A DNA stretch of 64,000 nt from the NCBI GenBank assembly GCA_963737905.1, contig CAVTUQ010000025.1, positions 192,001 through 256,000 on the forward strand, written 5' to 3'. The notes beneath the pieces are model-generated. The model saw only the letters and a program-made list of their open reading frames with translations, had not been told where the DNA came from and ran no database searches. Each line of letters opens with the position of its first letter. Position 1 is the first letter of the stretch. Of this stretch, positions 38,679 to 47,725 are shown piece by piece. A program made the translations under genes and the position numbers. This stretch comes from an uncultured delta proteobacterium (GTDB lineage: Bacteria; Desulfobacterota; Binatia; UBA9968).

Positions 38679-39356
38679 ATGGATGTTGTCGAAGCTCTCA
38701 AAGAAAAAATGCTGCTGGTCTGCAAGGTGCTCCAAAACCAGGGCGTGGTGGACGTCTACGGACATGTTTCCGCGCGCCTATCCGGCGAGCGCATCCTCAG
38801 CACGCCGCACATGCCGCCGGGCAAGGTCGCGTTAAGGGACCTGATTATCCTCGATATGAGCGGGAAGAAGCTCGAAGGCTTCGGCGAACCCAATGGCGAA
38901 ACCGCCATGCACACTTCGATTTACCGGGCGCGGCCCGACGTACAATGCGTCCTGCACTTCCACCCGGACGAGGTCGTGGCGGTGAGCATTGCCGGACAAG
39001 GCATTAAGGTTGTCGCCAATTGCGGCGTGCATTTTTACCGCGGCACGCCAATCTACGACTCCCCGGTACTGATCCGCACCGACCAGCTGGGAGACAAGGT
39101 CGCCGCAACCCTTGGAGATCGAAACGCGGTACTTTTGCGCGGGCACGGCGGGACGGTAGTCGCCAATGACCTCGACACGTTGCTGCGGTTAGGACTCGAT
39201 CTCGTGCGTACAGCCCGAATTCAAATCATGGCAGCCTCGCTAGGACCGGTGAAAACCCACTCCCAAGAAGAATGCGAGCAAATGGTCAAATTTCATGATC
39301 GGCCGAACGCCAACCGCCGCTATGTCGACTACTATATTTCCGAGGTGGTTGATTAA
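38679..39356 (+). CDS. Class II aldolase/adducin family protein
   Basis: GHVSAR, ETAMHTSIYRARPDV, HFH and LLRGHG. GAGGAG RBS. Confidence 0.9.
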   Translation: MDVVEALKEKMLLVCKVLQNQGVVDVYGHVSARLSGERILSTPHMPPGKVALRDLIILDMSGKKLEGFGEPNGETAMHTSIYRARPDVQCVLHFHPDEVVAVSIAGQGIKVVANCGVHFYRGTPIYDSPVLIRTDQLGDKVAATLGDRNAVLLRGHGGTVVANDLDTLLRLGLDLVRTARIQIMAASLGPVKTHSQEECEQMVKFHDRPNANRRYVDYYISEVVD

Positions 39357-39377
39357 GAGGGTGCGCTTTTCTCCGTA

Positions 39378-40754
39378 TCAGGCGCGAAGCAATGGGCGCA
39401 GGACGCGAAGATCACGAACCTTCTCCAGCATCCAGATAGCATCGCACAGCTTGCGCGCCCGAGCCTTGCCGAGGACCGGCGCCATCAGGTCATAGCTCTT
39501 TTCGTCGACCTCGACTCGCGTCATCGGGTTCTCCGCGGTGCCCCGGACGGCCTTGGTATGATGCCTGAGCTTACGCCCGTCGCTGAGGCTCACCTCGACG
39601 ATTCCTTGCCGGCTCGGCATCGCCGCTGACAGCGCGTCATCGCCGCGAAGCTCGATGCGGCTGCGCAGCGCCAATACTTTCCGGTCGCGCATGCGCTGCT
39701 GGTCATGAGACGAGGCGAAGGTGACCTTGCCGTCGATCAGCATGATAGCGCACATGTGCTGGAGGCAGATATCCGGCATGGCGCGGTTATCCACGGTATT
39801 CGCCCCCTGGTGTGCCACCCGCACCACGAGGCTGTCGATGGCTTCCGCTTTGATTTGGTGCTCGTGGATGAGATCGAGCAGCGAATCGAGGGGCGCCTGG
39901 ATCGGCGAGCCCACCGACCAGCGCTTGATGTTGGTATTCATGATTTCGTAGATATCGCCGAGGCCGCGGTTCAGCGCGGCGGGATCCGGCTTGCGGCCGT
40001 AGGCCACGAAGAAGTTCCGCTCGCCCGCGAACACATCATCGACCCCCGTGAAACCATAGGCGACCATGGTGGCCGCCGCGACGCCATTCCGAGCCGGCAT
40101 ACCGCCGAAGTCGAATGCCTTTTCAACATGCTCACCGTCGCGCATCCAGCACGAGATGCCCGACGCTTGCTGCGCAGTGAATGACAGCAGATGGCGCGCC
40201 TGGATCTCCCCCAGGCCCGCCAGCGCCCCCGCCGCTGCCGCGGCTCCGAACATGGGCCCGAAGCTGTGGGTCGAATGGCCATCGTTGCGAAACTCGTAGG
40301 CGTCGAGGGATTGAGTCAGCCGGCAGCCAACGTCGTAACCCAGGGCGATAGCTCGGAGAAACATCGTGCCGTTGCGCCGTTCCCGCTCGGCCATGGCCAG
40401 GGCCCCGGGCACAATGCCGCAGCCCGGATGCGTCAGCGACGGCGCGTGCGAGTCATCGGTTTCATCGGCGTGGGCCAGCATGCCGTTGGCCAGAGCAGCA
40501 TTCACAGCGGTGGTAATGATATTGCTCCCGATCACACAGGCCTCTTTGACGCCGCCGAGGGTTTTCGCGTAGCCGATCGCTTTTTTCCCGGGCGCCAGGC
40601 GCGACCCCGAAATCATGGCGGCGATCGTGTCGAGGATGTGATGTTTGGTCTTTTCGACGACTACGGGAGGAAGCGGCCGGCGGAGCGCCGCCGCAATGTA
40701 GGCGCTCAGCTTGTGCATGACCGGTGAGACTGGTGAGGTCGGTTGTCTATTCAT
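39378..40754 (-). CDS. MmgE/PrpD family protein
   Basis: ILDTIA, NAALANGMLAHADETDD, HPG, EKAFDFGG and RGTAENPM. The ORF-track extension to 41465 is an antisense shadow. Confidence 0.9.
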   Translation of the reverse strand: MNRQPTSPVSPVMHKLSAYIAAALRRPLPPVVVEKTKHHILDTIAAMISGSRLAPGKKAIGYAKTLGGVKEACVIGSNIITTAVNAALANGMLAHADETDDSHAPSLTHPGCGIVPGALAMAERERRNGTMFLRAIALGYDVGCRLTQSLDAYEFRNDGHSTHSFGPMFGAAAAAGALAGLGEIQARHLLSFTAQQASGISCWMRDGEHVEKAFDFGGMPARNGVAAATMVAYGFTGVDDVFAGERNFFVAYGRKPDPAALNRGLGDIYEIMNTNIKRWSVGSPIQAPLDSLLDLIHEHQIKAEAIDSLVVRVAHQGANTVDNRAMPDICLQHMCAIMLIDGKVTFASSHDQQRMRDRKVLALRSRIELRGDDALSAAMPSRQGIVEVSLSDGRKLRHHTKAVRGTAENPMTRVEVDEKSYDLMAPVLGKARARKLCDAIWMLEKVRDLRVLRPLLRA

Positions 40755-40865
40755 ATGAAAGAGCCGGGATTTTAAGATAGCGCAAAACGGATTTGCATCG
40801 ACAGAGAGACCGCATTGCCCTGATACCACGCCTGGTGATAGGGTCGTCGAAGGAACGGGGGACTT

Positions 40866-41678
40866 ATGGATAAAACTGTGACAGTGGATATACCCTATAC
40901 TGTCGACACCGGCGAGAAGCTCATCAACGAGACGTTCGGCCCGAACAATATTCGCCGGCGCAAGACAGGAGCCCACGAACTCAAGCAGGTTGAGGTCCGT
41001 AATGGCCGGCTGCTCGCCGACCAGCTTTCCTTGGACGAGCAGGGTTTCATATTCGTCGAGCACAACACCAAAGTGACGGACTTCTTTGACCGCGCGCAGC
41101 TGGAGTCGGTCTATTATCCGGAGGTCGAGCAGTTGATCAAAGACGCGTCGGGGGCTGCGCGGGTGGTAATCTTCGATCACACCTTGCGCTCGGGCGACGA
41201 AGCGGAGCGGGAAAAAAAGCTCATCCGGGAGCCGGTGCTCTCGGCGCACAACGACTATACGGAATGGTCCGGCCCCAATCGTGTCCGTGAGATTCTTCCC
41301 GACGAAGCCGAAGCATTGCTGGCGCGCCGCTTCGCGATCATTCAAGTATGGCGGGCGATCAATCAGCCGATTCAGGCAAATCCCCTCGCCATTGCCGATG
41401 GCAAGAGTATAGGTATGGAGGACCTCATCGTGGCCGAGCGCCGCTACCCGCACCGGGTGGGGCAAACATATCGGCTAAAGTACAATACCAAACACCGCTG
41501 GTTTTACTTTCCTGAGATGCGACGCGACGAAGCTCTAGTATTCAAAGTATACGACTCCGAAAAGGACGGCCGGGCCCGGTTCACGCCTCACACATCTTTC
41601 GAGGACCCCACGTCCCCGCCAAATGCTTCACCGCGGCAGAGCATCGAAGTGCGCGCTCTGGCCTTTTTCACGTCCTGA
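40866..41678 (+). CDS. CmcJ/NvfI/AsaB-like Fe(II)/2-oxoglutarate oxygenase family protein
   Basis: YYPEVE, FDHTLR, AHNDYT (HxD), QVWR, PLAIAD, FKVYDS, PHTSF and RQSIEVR. Confidence 0.82.
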   Translation: MDKTVTVDIPYTVDTGEKLINETFGPNNIRRRKTGAHELKQVEVRNGRLLADQLSLDEQGFIFVEHNTKVTDFFDRAQLESVYYPEVEQLIKDASGAARVVIFDHTLRSGDEAEREKKLIREPVLSAHNDYTEWSGPNRVREILPDEAEALLARRFAIIQVWRAINQPIQANPLAIADGKSIGMEDLIVAERRYPHRVGQTYRLKYNTKHRWFYFPEMRRDEALVFKVYDSEKDGRARFTPHTSFEDPTSPPNASPRQSIEVRALAFFTS

Positions 41679-41948
41679 GATGAGAGCACTCCGGTTTTTA
41701 CTAGAATAACCGGATTATTCACCTTGCGGGGGGAAGCACGGGGCAGAGTGTAGACCGAGGACTGAGCCTCGAAGCGAGCGGGCACAGGAGCGTAAAGCCG
41801 TGCTGACTCAACTGGTCCTTGGGCTAAAAGCTCGCGTTTCCTTAGTCAAAGTATGCTTCAGCACCCAGATGTGGGGGCCTCCTCAAGGTAGAGGCCCATT
41901 GCCCGCGACCGGAGAGGCTTACTCCTCGGATTTACTACTTAACGCGAG

Positions 41949-43109
41949 CTAGGTGTCTCGCTCGCTCGTCGGTCCAACCTCCCCGGTGCACCAAGGGACA
42001 AACGCCTTCATTTTGCACGTTGCCCCGTTGGCTGCGAGCTCCTGCTCGAAGATCTTGTGGATCTCGCGGTCTTCGTCCTCGTATTCGACCTGCCAGCCGC
42101 CCTCCTTCATACTTCGGTCCGCATATTCTCCGCCGCCGCCACGAGGTGAGTTGACACCCATATCGCCCGGGCGAAGAGCCAGGTAGCGCGCGCGAGTGGT
42201 TCCGGAGTTGAAGTGCTGATGGATGCAGTTGTCGCTTGGGACGGTAACCATCGAGCCGAGCTGCCAGTCGCACTTGATCATGTCGGAGCGGTCTTCCTTG
42301 GTCCAGATCAAAGAGTAACCGCCGGTGCCGCTTAGCAGTACCAAATGCGCTCCCGGGCCATGGCGGTGCGCCTTTTTGTAAGTACCAATAGGAAACTCGG
42401 AGATGTGACTCTTGGTGTTGTTGTCGGCCATCTCCAGCATCGCATTGATACCGCCCGCGCCCCGCTCCTTCCATCCATAGAGCAGCATGTCCGGCGCGTT
42501 AGCGATAAAGTTGGACTCCCATATCCGCCGGTTGTAGAGCTTGCCGTTACCGCTGAAATAATTTTCTTCACCGGCATAACGCCCGTCAAAACGGAAATCA
42601 CAATTGAAAATAAATCTGCTGTCGCGGAACAAGCGCATCATCGGCGGCGCGTTGGTCACTGCAATATAACGGGTGGGCTCATTGCCGCTGCCGTTGAAGT
42701 TTTGGTACCACGCATTGAGAGGAATCGAAAACAGACTGCCGGCTTGCCATTCAAAACTTTTTTTCTGCTTCTCATCTTGCCAGATCGTCGTTGCGCCACG
42801 GCCGGAAACCACATAGATCGTGGCCTCGTACATGTGATGCTCCGGTTCGGACTTGCCCCCCGGCTTGATCTCGACGACGTGGCAGTCGTTGGGCATATGG
42901 CGATTGGCGATGTGGACGACGGCACCACTGCCACCCTTACGCTCCCAGGGGCCCAGCTCGACTTTCGCTAAACTCGGGAAGTAGAACTCCTCATGCACCT
43001 TCACACCTTCCTGCTCAAGCCATTGTGCGTAGGGATCGGCTTTCGTGTAATCTTTAAGCCCATCCTTCGGAGTTTGGGCGACCTTCATATCCGTGCCTAG
43101 CATTACCAT
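41949..43109 (-). CDS. Bicupin protein (gentisate-dioxygenase-like fold)
   Basis: EHHMYE...GSLFSIPLNAWYQ and KAHRHGPG...HQHFN cupin motifs. GGAGG RBS. Confidence 0.8.
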   Translation of the reverse strand: MVMLGTDMKVAQTPKDGLKDYTKADPYAQWLEQEGVKVHEEFYFPSLAKVELGPWERKGGSGAVVHIANRHMPNDCHVVEIKPGGKSEPEHHMYEATIYVVSGRGATTIWQDEKQKKSFEWQAGSLFSIPLNAWYQNFNGSGNEPTRYIAVTNAPPMMRLFRDSRFIFNCDFRFDGRYAGEENYFSGNGKLYNRRIWESNFIANAPDMLLYGWKERGAGGINAMLEMADNNTKSHISEFPIGTYKKAHRHGPGAHLVLLSGTGGYSLIWTKEDRSDMIKCDWQLGSMVTVPSDNCIHQHFNSGTTRARYLALRPGDMGVNSPRGGGGEYADRSMKEGGWQVEYEDEDREIHKIFEQELAANGATCKMKAFVPWCTGEVGPTSERDT

Positions 43110-43236
43110 GATTGAATCCTCCTCTCAGAAATATTAGCCGGGCAATGGATTGCTGTCCATCGCTTTGTTTGGGAATATCCGGTATCGGGCTGGTTTGTCA
43201 ACGATGTTACGTCTGGAAACATTTCCCTAAAATCAA

Positions 43237-44088
43237 TCAAGAACTGCTGTCTGAAGGACAGGCCGGAGGGGCGGTCTCTTTGAGGAAATTTAGAGTTTGT
43301 TCTCTAACGCTCTGCCTCGGGAGGAAATGGCCGTTTTCCGGATAGATGACAAGTCGATAAGGAGTCCCTACCGCTTTGAGTCGATCCCGCAGCAACAGCG
43401 CTTGGTTCACGGGGATGAGTGTATCCTGGCCGCCGTGCAGGATCAGCGTCGGCGCTCGCCATCGCGAGGCTTCGCCAAGAAGGTTCAACAGTTTTGGATT
43501 GGTATCGCCGTTGGGGTTGATCAACTTTCGCACCCAAACACTCGACGTTTCACGGTAGAGCATATCGAGATCATAAGCGCCCGAGTAAAGCACCGCTCCG
43601 CTCACTCCTTCCACTTCATTGAGCATCGCTGCCGCAACCACAGCGCCCCGGGAAACTCCATAAAACATTACATGGCTGCTATCCACCCATCTGAGCTGCC
43701 TGGCCATCGCGAGGCCGTCCTTGACGACCTGCCGGGTCGTTCCCTCAATCGAGCCTCGGGGAATTTCAGTTGAACCATAACCCGGCAATGAAATAGCCAA
43801 GCCAGCGAAGCAAGTCTCCCGCGCAAGCGCTTCGGCCGTGGACAAAACCTGTTCGGCGCCCCTGCCGATGAGACTGTGACCATGAAGTAGAATGACCAAT
43901 GGGAAAGGGCCCTCACCCCGCGGCCGGGCGACGTACGCCTCCACATTACCGCCGGCGCTACGAAAAAAGATACGCGTGGTGAGCTCGTCGTCGAGGGAGT
44001 TTAGTTGCTTAAACGGCAGTTCCGACACGCCGGTACACGCAAACAAAAAAAACAAAGCCAAGACCGATAATCCCGCTTTAAAATTCAT
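43237..44088 (-). CDS. Alpha/beta hydrolase (peptidase S9-like) lipoprotein
   Basis: Lipobox LFAC, LLHG, GVSRG nucleophile elbow, HGGQD and C-terminal GH. Confidence 0.83.
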   Translation of the reverse strand: MNFKAGLSVLALFFLFACTGVSELPFKQLNSLDDELTTRIFFRSAGGNVEAYVARPRGEGPFPLVILLHGHSLIGRGAEQVLSTAEALARETCFAGLAISLPGYGSTEIPRGSIEGTTRQVVKDGLAMARQLRWVDSSHVMFYGVSRGAVVAAAMLNEVEGVSGAVLYSGAYDLDMLYRETSSVWVRKLINPNGDTNPKLLNLLGEASRWRAPTLILHGGQDTLIPVNQALLLRDRLKAVGTPYRLVIYPENGHFLPRQSVREQTLNFLKETAPPACPSDSSS

Positions 44089-44316
44089 TATCTGTTCCTG
44101 ACATTCCTGTTCGCAATAACAAATGGTGCCGTGATCTCGCATTCAAGATACAAAACATCGTGGTCTCTGATATAATAGCTGGCGGTTATCAACTTTCCAA
44201 ACCCTTAGACTGAGTGCGAACTCGTTCATAGCCGGGAATTTTCTTGCAGCCAGCCATTGAGCTCATCCGTTTTATGAGCAAAAGTCGCAACCTGACCATA
44301 CGGAGCCAAAAAAGAC

Positions 44317-46386
44317 ATGTCTAAACCTATGCTCAAGTCCAACGGCGCGACAGCCGAGACCCAGCCCCCCGAACCGAAGGTGGCCATGTCCGCCGCCGAG
44401 ATGGGGGCTCGGCAGCGGGAGATTTCCGTTTCCGAGTTCTTTACCAAGAACCGTCACTTACTGGGTTTCGATAATCCGCGAAAGGCACTCCTCACCTGTG
44501 TCAAGGAAGCTGTCGACAATGCTCTCGACGCTTGTGAAGAAGCGGGGATTCTGCCTGAAGTCGTGGTCAAACTAGAAGTGGCTTCGAACGGTGAGGCGCC
44601 GCCGCCCCCGAGCCAGGCGAACCGGTTTCGGATAACAGTGATCGACTACGGCCCGGGCATTGTCCGTCAACAGATTCCGCCGATATTCGCCAAGCTTCTC
44701 TACGGATCCAAATTCCACCGGCTGCGCATGAGTCGCGGACAGCAGGGCATCGGCATATCGGCCGCCGGCATGTATGCGCAACTCACAACCGGCAAACCGG
44801 TACAGATCACCTCGCGCACCAGTGCGCGGGCACCCGCTCACTATTTCGAAGTCCAGATCGATACCAAGAAGAACGAGCCGCGGATTCTCGAACGAAAACA
44901 GATCGATTGGGAGAACCATCGCGGTACCCAGGTGACCCTCGAAATCGAAGGCCGCTACCAGAAGGGGCGGGCCTCTGTGGACGAGTATCTAGAGCAGGTT
45001 GCCATTGCCAATCCGCACGTCAAGCTCGTCTACCACACCCCGGAGGGAGAAACCAAGGAATATCCCCGGACGATCCAAGAGCTGCCGCCTCAGCCGCGTG
45101 AAATCAAGCCGCACCCCTACGGTATCGAGTTCGGTATGTTGTTAAAAATGCTCCACGATACCAAGAGCCATTCGCTGGCGGGGTTTTTGTCCAGTGACTT
45201 CAGCCGGGTTTCCTCAAACCTCGCACAGGAGATCTGCAAGGCCGCGAAGATTTCGCCGGACACGCGACCCCGAAACGTTCACGGCACCGCTGGCGAAACG
45301 CTCTATAAAACGATCCAGTCCACCAAGATCATGGCGCCGCCGAGCAACTGTATTTCGCCCATCGGAGAAAAGGCGATCCTCCATGGCTTGTATAAGCAAA
45401 TCAAAGGAGATTTTTATACTGCGGTGACCCGGCCGCCGGCGGTCTACCGCGGTAATCCCTTCATCATCGAGGCGGGGCTGGCTTACGGCAAGGGGCCTGA
45501 ACACACGGCGGACAAACCCGAAGATCCAAAGATTCCGCTCGCTGAAGGCGAGCAGCAAGACGATGACAATGAGCTAGCCAGAGTCCTTCGTTATGCGAAT
45601 CGAGTTCCCTTGCTCTATCAGCAGTCTGCCTGCGCGACGTTCAAGGCGGTGCTCGACACCACTTGGCGGAATTACGGAGTGCCCCAATCCCGAGGTGCTC
45701 TTCCAGCCGGTCCTATGGTGATTTTCGTTCACGTGGCCTCGGTCTGGGTGCCGTTCACCAGTGAGTCCAAGGAAGCGATCGCTGATTACGATGAGATCCG
45801 CAAAGAAATCAAACTCGCCCTGCAAGAGTGTGGACGCCGGCTTGGCGTCTTTCTGAGACGGCGCGAACGCGCCAAGAGCGAATTTCGCCGGCGGAATATT
45901 TTCGAGCTCTACATCGAAGAAGTCGTCGAGGCGTGCGGTCGTCTCAAGGGCGGAAAGCTCGCCAAGGAAAAACTCAAAGACCAGCTGCAGAAGATCGCCG
46001 CGAAACGGACCGGCGGCGAGAAGACGGATGAGGTACTGGGACACGATGGCGGCGGCCCGGAAGGTCTCCCCCATTCGATCATTGTTACCGCCGAAGGAAC
46101 CGAAGGAGATGCACCGGTTCTGAACGGTGATAAGGAGAGTGATAGTGCACCTTCGGAAGAACTCCCGCTAGACGTGAGCGAATCCGCCGCGACTGGACGG
46201 CCCAAAGTAAAAGCAAAATCTACGAAGGCTAGGAAGCCTACCAAGGCTACGGGCAAGAAGAATCCGGCGAAAGTTGAACCAACCAGCGCGAAGCAAATGA
46301 CTCTGGGCTTTGAAACCGCTGGAACAAGCGCGAAACGTAGCCAAAAGATAGGAAAGAGACATGGCGCAAAAAAAGCAAAAAAATAA
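44317..46386 (+). CDS. top6B: DNA topoisomerase VI subunit B
   Basis: ISVSEFF, KEAVDNALDA, DYGPG, SRGQQGIG GHKL motifs, RYANRVPL and VPFTSESKEA. Confidence 0.95.
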   Translation: MSKPMLKSNGATAETQPPEPKVAMSAAEMGARQREISVSEFFTKNRHLLGFDNPRKALLTCVKEAVDNALDACEEAGILPEVVVKLEVASNGEAPPPPSQANRFRITVIDYGPGIVRQQIPPIFAKLLYGSKFHRLRMSRGQQGIGISAAGMYAQLTTGKPVQITSRTSARAPAHYFEVQIDTKKNEPRILERKQIDWENHRGTQVTLEIEGRYQKGRASVDEYLEQVAIANPHVKLVYHTPEGETKEYPRTIQELPPQPREIKPHPYGIEFGMLLKMLHDTKSHSLAGFLSSDFSRVSSNLAQEICKAAKISPDTRPRNVHGTAGETLYKTIQSTKIMAPPSNCISPIGEKAILHGLYKQIKGDFYTAVTRPPAVYRGNPFIIEAGLAYGKGPEHTADKPEDPKIPLAEGEQQDDDNELARVLRYANRVPLLYQQSACATFKAVLDTTWRNYGVPQSRGALPAGPMVIFVHVASVWVPFTSESKEAIADYDEIRKEIKLALQECGRRLGVFLRRRERAKSEFRRRNIFELYIEEVVEACGRLKGGKLAKEKLKDQLQKIAAKRTGGEKTDEVLGHDGGGPEGLPHSIIVTAEGTEGDAPVLNGDKESDSAPSEELPLDVSESAATGRPKVKAKSTKARKPTKATGKKNPAKVEPTSAKQMTLGFETAGTSAKRSQKIGKRHGAKKAKK

Positions 46387-47467
46387 CGGCGCAGTGGAAA
46401 AAAAGCTCGTGGGTGTGGCCGATGTCGTCATCACCGCGGCGCAGCGAAGCAAAGACCCCGCGCTTTCGATTCCCGTGCGCAGCCTCGCCAACGTCAATTT
46501 CAACGAGAAGCGGGGCATCATCGAAATGGGCCGCAGAAAGCAGGCGCGCACATTTTTCAACGTCGGTATGGCCAAGAAGTTCATGCAGACCGTACTTGTG
46601 GCCGATGCCCTCGCCGAGTTGCAGCGAGCGAATCTGACGACCTCGCTCCGGGAGATCTACTACCGTACGAAGCACACGATCAAGAATTCACACGAAAACA
46701 CTTTCGACGGCCAGAACGAATCCGATCCGCTCATCGAAGACCTCGAAGTTACCTTGGAGGCCCTGCGCGAGGAACTCCACGTGCGCGCCGAGAACTCCGG
46801 CACCGTCGTTGGGCCGTTGGTGCTCGTGGATGACGGTGATCGGGTGGACTGCACCCGGCTGGGCAAAGGCGGTTATTCCGTCCCCTCCATTGTCGAGCCG
46901 GAATACATTCAGATCAGCAAATGTACGGCGGATTTTGTCCTCCTGGTCGAGAAAGGAACCCAGTGGAACCGTCTTTCGGAAGACAAATTCTGGCGCCGGT
47001 ACAACTGTATCCTGCTCACGGGCAACGGCCAGCCGCCCCGCGGTGTCCGGCGCTTGGCGCGCAGGCTGCACGAAGAGTACAATCTTCCCGTTTATGTCCT
47101 CGTCGACAATGATCCCTGGGGCTACTACATCTACTCGGTCATCAAGCAGGGATCGATCAATTTGGCTTTTGAAAGCGAGCGCATGGCCATTCCTAAGGCC
47201 AAGTTCATCGGGTTCTCTAGCGCCGATCCCGATCGCTACGGACTCCCGCGCAACGTCGGCATCAAACTCAACGACAAAGACATCAACCGGGCAAAGGAAC
47301 TCATGAAGTATAAGTGGTTTCAGAAAAAAGAGTGGCAAAATGAAATCAAAGGGATGCTCTCCACCGGTCTGAAGTTCGAGCTCGACGCCCTCGCCAACAA
47401 AGATTTTCAGTATCTGACCAAGACCTACCTTCCCAAAAAGCTCAAAGACAAAGACTGGTTGGACTAG
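46361..47467 (+). CDS. top6A: DNA topoisomerase VI subunit A (Spo11-like)
   Basis: Catalytic LREIYY, QNESD..IEDLE, TOPRIM VEK and DNDPWG; overlaps top6B. Confidence 0.95.
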   Translation: MAQKKQKNNGAVEKKLVGVADVVITAAQRSKDPALSIPVRSLANVNFNEKRGIIEMGRRKQARTFFNVGMAKKFMQTVLVADALAELQRANLTTSLREIYYRTKHTIKNSHENTFDGQNESDPLIEDLEVTLEALREELHVRAENSGTVVGPLVLVDDGDRVDCTRLGKGGYSVPSIVEPEYIQISKCTADFVLLVEKGTQWNRLSEDKFWRRYNCILLTGNGQPPRGVRRLARRLHEEYNLPVYVLVDNDPWGYYIYSVIKQGSINLAFESERMAIPKAKFIGFSSADPDRYGLPRNVGIKLNDKDINRAKELMKYKWFQKKEWQNEIKGMLSTGLKFELDALANKDFQYLTKTYLPKKLKDKDWLD

Positions 47468-47529
47468 CGTGAAGCGGACAAAAGGCGATGCTCAGCTTTT
47501 CGAGTACGTTGGCATTCAAGGAGACGAGA

Positions 47530-47718
47530 ATGAACGATACGGATAAGATCTCCCAACGATTGGCGCTGCTTGAAGAAGTAAATCTTTCGAAAGCTGATCT
47601 CGAATTCATTGCCGCCGAGATCGAGGATCTTAAAAGGGTGGTAAGCGAGCTGGAAGAGTTCGGTCAAGACACCCCGTGGATTTCTTTGCAAGCGCAGCCA
47701 CCAGGCAAAAAGGCTTGA
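47530..47718 (+). CDS. Small acidic protein preceding an amidase (GatC/AtzG-like accessory candidate)
   Basis: 62 aa, helical acidic pattern, AAGGAG RBS, 7 nt before the amidase. Confidence 0.6.
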   Translation: MNDTDKISQRLALLEEVNLSKADLEFIAAEIEDLKRVVSELEEFGQDTPWISLQAQPPGKKA

Positions 47719-47725
47719 TCGATCT

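Noticed and set aside
40755-41465. Apparent 695-aa MmgE/PrpD fusion with a long N-terminal extension
   Set aside because: The extension is the antisense shadow of the CmcJ/NvfI-like gene. The real start is about 40754.
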